A DNA stretch of 62,320 bases, filler included, from Rhabdomonas costata (GCA_019059605.1; 25 parts of 25 records of this genome joined end to end with filler, not necessarily neighbours in it); one strand, 5' to 3'. Shown: positions 24,994-37,211, counted from the first letter of the whole stretch. Notes: generated from the letters alone by a model not told the origin. A program made the numbers and translations.

Positions 24994-26822
24994 GAGGGGG
25001 CCTTTGCGGTGGAAGCTGTGGAGAACCGCCGATCGGGGCCCGGGGCGAACATTACGGGAAACAGGTTGAAGTCGATCGAGGCCCTGCTGAAGGACTCTCG
25101 GTTCGACCGCAGCGGGTTGGGCGGGGTGCACCGCTGAGAGGAGCTCTGCGGGACCTCCAACGGCACCGGGCTCAGGGCTGAGGGCTGGGGGCTACTCTGG
25201 GAGCCTCTTCCCGATAACCGGGAGCCATCCCGCCTGAGCATCCCCGAGGGAAGGAAATGGGTGTACGGCTCCAGGCACCTCACCATGCCTCGAAACGCCC
25301 GCTGCAGGCTGTCCAGCTCCAACGAGGCCGTCTCCGCCAGACTCACCCCGGTCAGCTGCATCTTCGACACCATATTCATCTGCAGCGAGAGCTGCCGCAC
25401 CAGAAACACGGTCCGCAGCACAACCCCCGCAGTCAGCGCTAAGCATCCCGCCAGGACGCACACCGCGGTGCCTACAAACACAACCTCCGAGGACCGCACC
25501 CCAGACGTGGCCTCGGTAGTTAGCTCCATGGTCAGGTCCGCACTCTGTGAAAGGCTGCTCAGGGTCCCCATCAGGCCGACCATTTTGCTCACCGAGGAGC
25601 TCCCAAGGCTCAGCACTGCGGTGAGGTTTGCAGCGGCAGAGCTGACTATCCCTTGAAAGTCCGCCTTTGGGGTGAGCTGGCAGGCCAGCCACTGCAGGCC
25701 TCTGCGGTGGAAAACCAGCGTGCTGTACAGGTACAGCGTGCCGTTCCATGAGAAATCCGAAAACTGCGTGGTGACATTCTCCAGAGCTCCGGAGGTCGAC
25801 GTCAGGTCTCCCACACAGGCTTGCACAAGAGGGCTAGGGAACATCTCCAGGGTAAAGGGAACCAGGGTTTCCGCAGCGGTGTCGTCGATAAACAGCGGGA
25901 GCTCTGGAAAGGTGTGGGCTACCACACTGTGCTTACGGGTGAGATCTACGACAAAGGCCGAGGACTGCGGAGAGACAAGACTGCGGTGCAGGGCACTACA
26001 CAACAACTCCATACTGATGTCGGCACACAGAACGCCCATCAGGCTGTTATTCCTTGTCGTGGTTAAGCACCGAGTGTACATCAGGACAGGGGACACCCAT
26101 AAGCTCACATAGGACTCCCATAGAGCCCCGGTGGCGATTAGAACTGCAAGGTCGTCCTCGTCGTAGTAGAAGGAGCTGGCGTTCACGTCCTTGCTGACGT
26201 ACACGTCACGGCTCACCCTAGGGCCATCTTCCCAGCAGACGTACTTTTGGTCGTCGCCCATCGCATACAACTCGCAGCCGGAATAGTTCCCCCAGCCACA
26301 CTCCATGAATTTCCCCTCCGCCGTCGGGACGGGCTCGTCGTAATAAATGTTCTGAATATTCGGGTGGAACGTCAGAACTTGCCCCAAAAAACTCGCCATA
26401 AACGCCACCAGCGTCAGCTGCGGGGAGTCCAAGTCACAGGACTTGAGAAGCCCAAACTCCCACGCCTCGTGCATGGCGTGCGTGGCACCCTCCACCGCGT
26501 CCAAGCGGCGACTCACTGCGGTGCCCATCTGCTCCATGGCTCTGAGGTGCATCTGCAGGACCAGCGTCTTCAGCTGCACCAAAACCTCTGCAGTGGCCTG
26601 TTCGCTCGCCACGGATCCCCGCTCGGAACTGCTCGAGGCATTCATCGCCAGCCTGATGGACTGCTGGGCGACAAGTGTTGTCTCTCGGGACAGGCCGACC
26701 ACGTCGCCTGCCCAGTCAAGAACCGCGAAGGCACAAGCATGAAACAGTACCGCAAACAGCACCCCGGGAAGGACGGTGAGAACAATGACGGCGATGGCGG
26801 CAAAAAGCAAACGAACCCTCAT
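24994..26822 (-). CDS. Intronless TM-dCache-TM-HAMP sensor protein, 3'-truncated (output domain not in contig)
   Basis: N-terminal TM; ALWESY...LMGVLCADISMELLCSAL...SAFVVDL...VVAH and GLQWLACQLTPKADF (dCache_1 pattern); second TM; HAMP-like VRQLSLQMNMVSKMQL...ELDSLQRAFRGM..LEPYTHFLPS. Confidence 0.8.
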
Positions 26823-27820
26823 CTCTCAGGATCACAACATAAGGTCACGAATACCTCGCCAAAAAAAACGAAGAAAAAGCTGCATATCAAACGAAAGTCT
26901 TCTTACGCTGGTAAGCACCTGCAACTTCCATAAAAACAGATACGACCAAACATGCTTACCTTTCCCTTTCCGCAATCGAGGACACTGGACGCAAAAATGT
27001 GTTCTCATAACACCAGTTCTCACCGGCAGTAATATGATGTCATATTCAAATTAAGTACACCACTGTGGTATGACTGCCTTTCACCTCGAGTTCGAAGTGC
27101 TGCTGCTACTTTCTACTTCCGTGACAAACTCCCACAGTTTATATGACACAGCAGAATTTTGAGAGAAATCAAAAAGACCAACGCAACGACATGTCCGAAA
27201 CCATTACAACAAGTCGCCCCCCACCATAGTTTCGGCTTTCCAGAGAAGACAGTCTCAAGCAAGCGACGATAAAAACACTGACTTCCCACGTGCTACTTTA
27301 AATCTGCACGCCGAAAAGGGTATTCCAACCTTTCTGCACAACGCCTCATCGCTCAAAAATGGACAAAGCGGTGTTCCACAAACAGCAGCANNNNNNNNNN
27401 NNNNNNNNNNNNNNNNNNNNNNNNNNNNNNNNNNTTAATTAATTAANNNNNNNNNNNNNNNNNNNNNNNNNNNNNNNNNNNNNNNNNNNNAAAAACCGGT
27501 GTGTGGGTGGTTTCTCCATTTCATGGGAGCGTTCATCTGACTCGTCCAGTGTTAGCTACCACAGACTTGTTTTGTTGTGGACGTCCTCGCCCTCAAGGAT
27601 TTTGACGCCGGAAAAAAGCACTAAAGAACTTAATAAACGTAAAAGAAAAGTAAAGAAAGTAAAGAAAGGAAAAGAAAAGAAAAAAAAGAAGGCACAGTTA
27701 TGTTGCATGACCGGTGTTGCTGCCTTTCTATGTCGAAGCGAGCGAATGGGTGTGTGGAATCCATAGGACAGAAACAATGGGAACAAAGGGAAACCATCAC
27801 ACCTCCCGACTCCGACATGC

Positions 27821-29814
27821 TCACTCCTCCGCGACCTTCGACTTCTTCTTCTTTTTCTTTGGGACCTCAGCGTCCTCCTCGGCGGGCTCCGCCGCAGCTT
27901 CCGGCAGGGCTTCACCCTCGGCCTCCACCTGTGCGCATTTTGTGATGAATATGGGATTGCGGATCATTTCAGTTAGGTGATAACGGACACAACCAACTCA
28001 CCATGGGATAGCAATCTGGCCTTAGAGCCCCCACAGGTAAGGGTAAGAGTTATACCGCCCCCCTTCCCCTTTCAAAATACATCGCACCTGAGAATGGAGA
28101 ACAAAATCCGATGGGAAAAAATGTGACCTCACCCACCCAATCAACGCAAATGTGCACATGCATGTGACCCACCTAAACCCACCCAGTCACTCCATTACCA
28201 GCTTGCGCTTCTTCTTCTTGGCCTTCGCGGAGTCATCCACAGCCGCAGCTTCGGCCTCCGTGGGTTGGTCAATCTGCCCAAACAAGTGAGAGGGGGGGGT
28301 GCTACCACGAGGAAAGTGGGACAGTTCTGATCCTCTCCAAGATCACTTACACCACCCATCCAGCACCCGCCATCGCCACCATAAACCCCTTCTCTTTCTT
28401 TCTCTCTTTCTCCCCTCCGCCTATGCCAGCTCTCCTTATCGCGCACGGTGGCCACTTGCAACGCGGCAAACATACAGTGGATTTTGAATACATACACGCA
28501 TGCGCACACCGCGATCGTGCCCTGGGTTGGCGCAGCAGGACCCCGGCTGGCCAGCTCGGCGTGCTTGTTGTACTTCTCCGCCTGGGCCTGCCCGCGCCCA
28601 CGGCCACTGACAGTGTAGGCCTCCCCTGCCTGAAGCTTCCTCAGACGTACCTCGACCTGTGAGTGTTGTGAGCACGCTTCTTCTCTTTGCTGAAAGCCTC
28701 AGAGAAGCCACCAACCATTCTATGCGTCTGCGAGACAGCGAGGAGTTCCTTGAGCTCCCGCTTTGAGGCGGCGGATGTGAGTAGGATACGATACGAGCGG
28801 GAAAGGGGTGACCTGTGGTTGCACAGTTCTTGTGCGTGGACAGGGGACAGAACGCAACTGTGCATGACACACTTTGCGGTAAACTGCTGTCATCTGCAGG
28901 TTTGTTGTGACTGAAGACTTTTGCTCTCTTGTTTTCGCTTGGGTGGAAACTCGAGAGTAACCATCACTCTCAAAAGTGCAATGAGCCCCCTGGTTGCAGA
29001 GAACTGAAACGAAGGGTGACGGGGGGAAGAGGCTGCTTACGTTGTCAGTGGGCCCGAACGCTTCTGAGAGCAATGAATCGCAGCTTACGCTCCTGATGCA
29101 CACAACCTATCGGCAAGAGAAAGGCACACACGCACACAGAGCGGGATCGTACCCGCTCTCGCCCATCCACCCCAATGGTGGGCCCTACGACGCCCTCGGC
29201 CAGCGCGTCCACTCGGGTTGCAAGCGCCGCCTGGCACGCGGTCAGCCGAGCAATCTGTGAAGAGGTGAACGCGAGGCGAAGGCACGTGCGTTTGCAGGCA
29301 GGCTTGGCAAAAAACCGCTTCAAGACAGAAAAACAAAGCCAGAGCGCTTTGAAACGGTCTTGAAACATTTTAAAACAGACAGGTTTTTGTTTCTTTTTGT
29401 TTCTTTAGTCATCCGCAGCTGTCCGCTTTGTTTGCTTTCACCACAGCAAAGACCAAGGGGGAAAAGGACTTTGCCAAAACTTTATGCGAGAGAAACGGTA
29501 CTAAACGGCGCTTTAAAACAGTAATGTGCTACCGCAGGTGGTTTTAAAACGGTGGCGCAGGAGCAAAAAGGAGATCGTCAATGCTGTGAGGGGAATAAAT
29601 GTCCTGGCAGGGCAGAACCTGATCCTCATGATGATCGCGTCACAGAACGGCATAAAGCCCACACGAGAAGTGAAGCAGAAAAAAACGGAGCTTCGGAATA
29701 TAAGCGCAGAATGCTTGCAAAGCCAAGGTTCCAGGTGGTCCAGATTCGCAGACCTTGCCCTTGAACGGCCCATCTGCAGCGCCCACGCACGAAGCGTGGT
29801 AAATCAGGCCATAC
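27821..29814 (-). CDS. NOP58: Nucleolar protein 58 (box C/D snoRNP), C-terminal part; exons 29814-29754, 29254-29153, 28656-28510, 28273-28199, 27928-27821
   Basis: YGLIYHASCVGAADGPFKGK/IARLTACQAALATRVDALAEG....GVDGRER/VEVRLRKLQ...SGRGRGQAQAEKY.. plus a Lys/Glu-rich tail to TGA; all GT-AG and in frame. Confidence 0.92.
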
Positions 29815-29986
29815 CTGTTGAATCGCAAAAGGGAGCGCGCGAAGCCCAGAAAAGAGCTTCACCACTTCTAGCACACCACCCCCCNNNNNNNNNNNNNNNN
29901 NNNNNNNNNNNNNNNNNNNNNNNNNNNNTTAATTAATTAANNNNNNNNNNNNNNNNNNNNNNNNNNNNNNNNNNNNNNNNNNNNTG

Positions 29987-30131
29987 TGTGAGCAATGGAA
30001 ATATGTAATTTGTGAGCAATGACACAAATCATCCGAAATCGACAATCTCATATGTGATATTACGATAACGATCTGTCAATTTCGGATGATTTGTGTCATT
30101 GCTCACAAATTACATATTTCCATTGCTCACA
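29987..30131. repeat. 53-bp inverted repeat at contig start (29987-30039 / 30079-30131) containing a duplicated tgtgagcaatg motif
   Basis: Direct reverse-complement match. Confidence 0.85.
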
Positions 30132-32482
30132 TGGTAATTGCGCCCATTCATGTTGTGCATCAAGTTGCCCCTGCGTTTTCCCACTTCTGTACCATCTACG
30201 TTGCGATGTTGCGCAGCTTGTAGCGAATAGTGAAGTGTGCTTTCATGTGGTATGCTTGCGGGGTCTTCAGAACAGTTTCTTCAAGCGTTTTTTCAAGTGT
30301 CTTGATAACTATTTTGGAAAAGCAGGCTCTTTCTCTGAATTGGGCAAAAGTCTGGATTTTGAGTAATGCGTTTATTGTGTTCTGAGATCTTCCTGATTTT
30401 ACGCTTCACTCACGTGCCTTTGAGCAATGGTATAACTGTAGCTCCTATGTTGGAACAATATGGTACACAATGTGCCAAACATCTGTCAAGTCTCGGTGGT
30501 TTTATAGAGCGTCTGTGTTCAATTGAGTACAACCATACATAACTTCTTCTGTTTTATCCAATTACATATTTTTAATGGAAACAAACATGCAAGCTTTCTA
30601 TTTATTTTCAATGACTCGGTATCTTTAACCTCTGCGTATGGATACAGTGGAGTTTATTGCTTATGATGCATCCACTGTGAGTTTTGATCGCTATCACATT
30701 TACGTGTTTCTTTTTGGATGCAATCCGTCTTTTCCGAGCACACATTGGAGATGCTACTACAATGGTTACATTACGGAGCACTTACACCTATGAGGGCTAC
30801 TGAAAGTACCACTTTGCTGCTTTATTATAAATGTAGCACACTTTCTTTGTCCCACCTCACGGATTAGTGAGACGCAGTTGTGGCCAAAAGTTAAGGATTT
30901 CGCTGTCACATTGATTTATGTGAAGATTTGGTCTTTACATCTGATTTCCAGGTGTTTGTTTTTTGGAGTCAACTTGTTTGCAAATTGAAAGCAGCACCAT
31001 TACATGATTGATGCAGACACGAAAATGTGCAAGGTAAACACGTTATGTGCTACGCATATAGCTTTGGAAGACAGTATTTCACATTTACGCGTGACCACAT
31101 GCGTCTTGACAGTCTCCCAGACTACATGTCATGTCACCCCTGTTCCTAAGATAAGGAAAACTCGGAGGTGTGGTGCTTTGCATCAGTTTGGCTTGAGAAG
31201 ACTGTGTGGCCGTGTATACAAACGTGTTTTGTTGGAATATCTCGATTTCTTAGTCACCCTTAATATTCACAGCTATCCTTCGTCATTTTCTCCTCACCGT
31301 TGGGCCATAGAGTAAAGTAATTCCGGTTATGTTGTACGTTTGCGTTTCCTATCCGAGCAATATACTGCTTATATTTTTAAGCACACGTTTATGCCTTCGC
31401 TCTTTAAACCACATATCCTCAGCGACACTGGCACGCACTTCCACACTTACATCTGTAATTACGATCGGTATTTACATAATTGTGGTTCTTCCAACGTAAT
31501 AATACGAGCATTTTTTGGGTAGCGGTGTGATTTTGGTGTTCAGCTAAATGTAGATTGGCCTCGAGATCCACCACACGCTTGTTATCTATTACTATTGCTC
31601 TCCGCTTTTGAATGCCAATGCCAAAGTGTCCACTGGTTGGTTAGATCAAACATTGGATCCCAAATGACTATGTCAGTGTGTTAACGCAGTCCAACATGCT
31701 CCTAAAGGCTCTGAACTTCCTCATTTCCACGTTTTTTTATTCATTTAGTTTTATATATCAAATACTCAGGAACTATTTAGTTAAATTTGACACCTAACCT
31801 ATGGGTCATTTCTATATAAAAGTGCACACACAGCGGCACGGACATTGTGGTTTTAGAAAATTGTTTGTGTCAATTAGTACGTACACTGAATAAAATTGAT
31901 TCAAGATTCAATGTACCGGTAGAATTCTCATATTACCCCGAGCAATATGAACATACAATGGGAGCAGAAACAAAAAAAAGAGACATCACATCACATCACC
32001 GGTTCGTCCGTTTCTTCATACAAATGTTATACTACAAACAGTACACTTCCAGCGTTTAATATGATCAGTGTTCATGGCTGGGTCGTCACCATCTAGTTCT
32101 CCTGCTCTAATGTCAGATTGTAGGTTAGAAATGCAAAAAAATCTATTCTTCCGCACCGGAAAGACAATGATCGAGTGGGACGCCCGGAGGTTTGAAAGTA
32201 CAGGCACCTCAGATAGGCGGACCGCATAAAAGCCACCCCCACGCGTTTAGGATCTTGGGCATCGGGGTAACCGCCACGTGCCAACCTTTTTGAGGAATGA
32301 GCTCCGTCCGCGTGGGATAAGGCCGCCGCAGATGGACGAGGACAACGCAGCGCCTGGATGCATAACGGGTACCACACCAACCNNNNNNNNNNNNNNNNNN
32401 NNNNNNNNNNNNNNNNNNNNNNNNNNTTAATTAATTAANNNNNNNNNNNNNNNNNNNNNNNNNNNNNNNNNNNNNNNNNNNN

Positions 32483-32636
32483 TGTGTTGGGGGTGGTGAT
32501 ATGGAGATTTTGCGTCTCTACCGTCACGGGACATATCATCGGCATGACTCTCTGGTTCGAATATGCCGAGAATAACACGGGAAACCCATCTGCGATCATC
32601 ATGGACTGCTGCGGTGATGACCTTTTGACCCAAATG
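32483..32636 (+). CDS. Probable upstream exon of the BLUF gene (unknown domain)
   Basis: Open frame VTGHIIGMTLWFEYAENNTGNPSAIIMDCCGDDLLTQM then GT; phase with the next exon is ambiguous. Confidence 0.35.
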
Positions 32637-33024
32637 GTTGTGACCGTGGTTCCGTGTCGCCTTTAGGAATCCCGAAGTTTTATTCTGCGATTGTCGTGAG
32701 CGTGGACCGTGTGAATGGGTGAGTAGGTGGGTGCTTATGGTGATTGAGTTCTGCCTCCCACTGGGCTTTTGGATATTCGAGAAATCAGCGGCCCCTGAGT
32801 AACGTTTCTCGCACGCAGATACGCGACAAGTTTTTTCATAACACTAAAGATGCGTATAGAACACAGTTCCACGTTATAAACGCAAAAGGTAAAAAAATGT
32901 GAAAAAAATGAAGGAATCCATTTTTGATCATCATGTTTGCCTCAAGACCCCGCATTACCCTGATCGGAACCCTTTTCATGTCAGTTTTGACTTCCGTTTA
33001 GTTTGTTTTCCCTTTTGGCATAAG

Positions 33025-34854
33025 ATCCCTCTTGGGAGATGGCCTCCAGCGACGTGGCCAGCCTGGAGGGCCCTTTTAGCCTCACATATGTCTCCAAGTG
33101 GGCTAAGGGGCTTAGCAGCGCGGATCTCTCGGCTCACATCTCTCGGTGGGAGGCCAAGAATGGGCAGACCCGGCTGACCAGCTGGTTGCTGTGCTCCTGT
33201 TTACCTGAAAGGGCCTTCTTTTTGCTCCGCATCCATCTCGTCATTGTTTCCCGTCGGCAAGGATACCCACGTCCAATCGTTGAGTTTTCATTCCTGTATC
33301 ACTTTCTGGCTACGCACTCCGCTGCTGTACATTGGCTTTTTCCTTTGCTTTTCTTCCAGGCAAACTGTGAACATCGCTTTTGTGGAAGTGTTTCTGCCAA
33401 GGGCAAAAGAAATCGTTGAGTATTGCCTTAAGAGTTCATGAATCGGACAAAAAAGGCGAAAAATTTGAAGTCAGCTACTTTCTGTTTGTATAATCCTGGA
33501 TGAATCACTGACTCGTTGGTGGCTGGGACATCGCGAAAGTCTTAGCTCCGTTGGGGCACTTTTGCTCTGCAGGACGGGGTTGTTTTAATTTCGGGGGATT
33601 CACAGCCACCGTTCATGGGGTGGTCGCGCGCGTGGGGTTTGCTCCACAAAAGCCAATCTGTCGACGAGATTGCACGGTTTGCACTGGTGCAGTAACCCCG
33701 TACCTTTCAGGTTGATCATCACTGAAGTGGGGGCGCATCGACAGTATGATTGGCGTTTCGTCTGCCTGAAAGACCGGCGGTTGCCTTTTTGCAGCTTGGT
33801 CACGATGGAGGAGGTGGTGGTGCAGACTCTCGAAGGTCCCAGGGCTGTGGTGGAGGCCACCTTTGAGAGGATTCGCTCCAGCCCACTTCATCAGGACCAC
33901 ACCGTGCTCAGCCAGGTGGGCCATTTTTGATGAATGCCCGTTGCTCAGCTTTGCATATGCACACCTAAAAACAGTTTCGTACTCGCCCTGACAGTGTGTC
34001 ACGGGGAACCCTTGTTTTGCCCTCTCTCACAGTTCGACTCCTCCGTTTTATTCTCGTGGAAGATGGCCTGCTCTGTTCACGCAGCACCCATGGCGCGGTG
34101 ATCTTAGGGGCCTCTTGTATTTCTTTTGGAGGGGAGGCGTAAAAGGTTAGCACCGCTAAACGCGTAGAAGTTAACGGAGCGTCCTCCCATGGCACTTCCT
34201 AGCCCATCCGCCCCCTCCGGCCGCGCCGCGAATTGCCTCCACCCCTAAAACGGCCCGGCCCTGTCCCATTCGTCTGTCAATGCCCAGCAACGACAAAAAC
34301 AATTCCAAAATTGGGGCATGCACTAAGATAGATCCCCTCTAATTTCTCCTCCTTCTCACTCATCCGCCTTTGTCTCACAACGGGCAGAGAAGCATCGAAG
34401 ATCGGGGCTTCCCAGGCTGCAGCCTTCAGTGGCTGCCCATCGAGACCACGGACTACACGTACCCCTTGGTCCAGGTACTGCCCTTGCTGCCCTTGATTCT
34501 TCCCTGCCGCGGTGCCCTCTGCTTGAATTGCGGGTGCGGTCGAGAAAGCTTGCAGCTTTCGTTCCGATTTTCCCTGTTGGTATCTGCTTCTTTTTCCGTG
34601 GTGGAACCCCACCCATGGGTTTCGGGTTGGAACCCCGCACAAATTCGCTCCCTTTCTCCTCTATGCCGCTCCTGTCCTCCCCTCCCCCTCTTTCCTTTCG
34701 TGACCTTTGGATACGTTCGTTTTGCTGTGCTCCGGCGGGGGTCAGGTCTTCTCCGCGATGGGAGTGCAGCTGGCGAAGTTGGTGCAGTTCTGTCCGCTCG
34801 GGGTGCGAGCGATGGTGGTGCGCGGGGTTGACCCCTTGCGGGCTCCTCCTGCCG
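33025..34854 (+). CDS. BLUF domain plus PAC-type linker (photoactivated adenylyl cyclase-like protein), partial; exons 33025(or 33039)-33184, 33795-33915, 34388-34474, 34746-34854
   Basis: Spliced (GT-AG, phases 2/0/0): FSLTYVSKWAKGLSSADLSAHISRWEAKNGQTRLTSCLVTMEEVVVQTLEGPRAVVEATFERIRSSPLHQDHTVLSQRSIEDRGFPGCSLQWLPIETTDYTYPLVQVFSAMGVQLAKLVQFCPLGVRAMVVRGVDPLRAPPA. It fits the BLUF consensus (L.Y.S...N...T..L.....Q.LEG...V.....RI....H...R.F) followed by the P..V.....G..PL helix linker of PACs. Confidence 0.85.
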
Positions 34855-34986
34855 GTCTCTGCCAGTCATAAACCCACCCNNNNNNNNNNNNNNNNNNNNN
34901 NNNNNNNNNNNNNNNNNNNNNNNTTAATTAATTAANNNNNNNNNNNNNNNNNNNNNNNNNNNNNNNNNNNNNNNNNNNNGTGTGGT

Positions 34987-35784
34987 GTGGATCTGGTTTC
35001 TGTCACAAACGGAACGGCATGGGGCCGCGCCTCTCGGGCGTCGCCCGTGTTTTGCTTCCCGTGGGAGTTCGCCTTCGACGTCCCCTCAGGAAGCCAGCCG
35101 ATCCTCCTGCTCCTGCCCTTGCAGCAAACCGGGACGTTCCACTACAACTACACCCTAACCCGCAGCCTTCTACAGCAGCACTACCACCACCACCACCCCA
35201 GCAAGGCCAGGACCCAGGGCCCTCTTTTCGTTGCCCTGCACCTGCGGCTGGGGGACGTCCTGATCTCCCGGGGGTACCGCTGGAAGTACACCGGCCCGGA
35301 GTTCTACCTTGCCGTGGTCGGGCTGATCCTTGCGGCCATTCCCCCCTCCTGTGGCACTTTCAGGATCTTCACGGATGAGCCTACTCACAAGGACGTGCGT
35401 GCTCTGAGGGCGGGCATGCTGTCACGTTTTGGGGTTACCCTTACCGGGGCGCTCGCCAAGAAACCCGCAGCGGTGGCTGCGCGGCAGTCAATGGACTTTC
35501 ACCAGCTTGCCACCGCGGATGTCTTGGTGGTAGGTACCAGTGGGTTCTCTAGACTGGCAGGCGTGCTGTGCCGTGGGGTGATCCTGGCTCCACCTCTTGG
35601 GGTGCAGCCTCTGGAAGGCCTATCGGGGGTGGTCTCGTTGCCGCGAAGAAGACTGCGCGCTACCCCGTCAGTGTTCGGCAGGGTGGTGAATGACACCCTC
35701 AAAGCAGCGTTTGGGAGCCGGCTGCGGCAGTGTGAAGCTGATGCTTCGGTGAGGAAAGGGAACGGGTCATCCGCGGTGGGGTAG
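34987..35784 (+). CDS. O-fucosyltransferase-like / GT11-like glycosyltransferase, 5'-truncated, intronless here
   Basis: VALHLRLGD (GDP-fucose-binding HxRxGD), FRIFTDE, DFHQLATADVLVVGTSGFSRLA. Confidence 0.75.
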   Translation: MDLVSVTNGTAWGRASRASPVFCFPWEFAFDVPSGSQPILLLLPLQQTGTFHYNYTLTRSLLQQHYHHHHPSKARTQGPLFVALHLRLGDVLISRGYRWKYTGPEFYLAVVGLILAAIPPSCGTFRIFTDEPTHKDVRALRAGMLSRFGVTLTGALAKKPAAVAARQSMDFHQLATADVLVVGTSGFSRLAGVLCRGVILAPPLGVQPLEGLSGVVSLPRRRLRATPSVFGRVVNDTLKAAFGSRLRQCEADASVRKGNGSSAVG

Positions 35785-36249
35785 TGCCGGTTTGTTCCTG
35801 TACTCTGTGGTGTCCTTTAATCTGGGACTGGCTTTGTTTTTTTAAAGTTATTTCTGAATGAAGTATGTTTTCCCTGGTGTGAATTGTTTGGGTACCCGCC
35901 GGTCTTTACAGTAGAACTTTTTTTTTGAGAATTCAGTCCAACGGCTCCGAAGAAACGGAAATTGTCCAAGAGAGAATCACGATACGCACGGGAAAGATAT
36001 CTGATAACCCAGCCCATGACACCAAACGCCATTACACCATGCTGCACCGGTAACGTTTGTTCTGCCGTTAACCAGCCCCCTCCCCCGTTGCACAAAAACG
36101 CTCCAGAACACAGGGCTTTGGGGCAACCTCACTTATTCAGCAACTCAATGATGGGCACTCTGTCCTTTGTTAACATTATTTCAGACACAGATCCTCTTTT
36201 CTTTTCTCCAGTTTTTTCCACTGCCCTGCTTTTTTGTTTTCGTGTCTTC

Positions 36250-37211
36250 ATGGCCGACGGTCTCGCGACCACCGGCGATGGGCCTGTGTGTGATTCCGCA
36301 GTGGGCGAGGCTGCCTCACAGCAGGCTGCTTGTACTGTGCTTGTAGCGGAGGAAGACCCTCCTCCGACACACGAAAGTGCCCCGTTGTCGAGCACTGCGG
36401 CTTCAGAGGAGGGACAGCTGGAAATGGCCGCTCATTCCTCAGAGAATTTCTTGCTGCCGGTACACGGCCCAAGCCCAGCTGTGTCAGCAGCAGCCGTGCC
36501 CACGACCGTCGCCCCGGCAGGTATTACTGTGAAACTTTATCCTGTAATGATTTATCCAGGGCAGTTAGCGTAGCTCCATGATTACATTGAGGAGAGAGCA
36601 CAGCGGCTTTGTGGGCTTCCCGTATACAGGACGAAGAGACCCAATGGCTTGTTCCGGAACCCACCCGGCCATTGTTCTTCTGTTATGAAACGTGTGTGGG
36701 TGGGATTCTACACGGTCACGCGTTTCAACCTGAAGTCATCACACTGCAGATGACCATATTCCGCTGCTGAGCGATTTTGGGGTTTAGCGGTGCTTTTCGG
36801 CATCCCTAGTGCGCATTTACACATGTTACCACCAACGATTAACACGCAAAGCATCATATATGCATAGCACCCCCCCCCCAATTCTCTAAGCTGGGTACTC
36901 ATGTTTGTTCCGCTGCCCCTCCACCTGCTGAAACCTAATCTCATCCTTCTCCTCTCATGGATGCTTCACAGGGCAGTGGTCCTGTGCTGCCTGCACCCTT
37001 TTCAACGCGGAGGGCAACGTGCAGTGCAGCCTGTGCCACACTCTCCGGAACTCACCCTCGAGTTTCTCCTCCTCTTCATCCTCGGCGACGTCCTCCTCCT
37101 CAATGCCCTCCCAGTCCTCCCCAGAGCCCGTGCTGCGGCCGTCGACGATTCCGACGGGAGCGAGCTCGGAACAGCTCGCTGGTGAGCCCCCTAAAGCGGA
37201 GCCTGTGCCAG
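36250..37211 (+). CDS. Low-complexity Ala/Ser/Pro-rich N-terminal exons of an unknown protein
   Basis: ATG at 36250 after a pyrimidine tract (MADGLATTGDG...VAPA, GT donor ~36521); second S/P-rich segment after ttcacag at ~36970. Confidence 0.35.

Noticed and set aside
27821-28273. Acidic ribosomal P-protein-like tail
   Set aside because: It splices in frame to unmistakable NOP58 exons and is Lys-rich.
27929-29753. Intronic C/D snoRNAs in NOP58 introns
   Set aside because: No convincing RUGAUGA/CUGA pair seen on the sense (minus) strand.
33711-33794. ORF-track extension LIITEVGAHRQYDWRFVCLKDRRLPFCS as part of the BLUF exon
   Set aside because: It would insert ~28 residues into the BLUF beta-strand; the acceptor at 33794 gives correct N-to-Q spacing.
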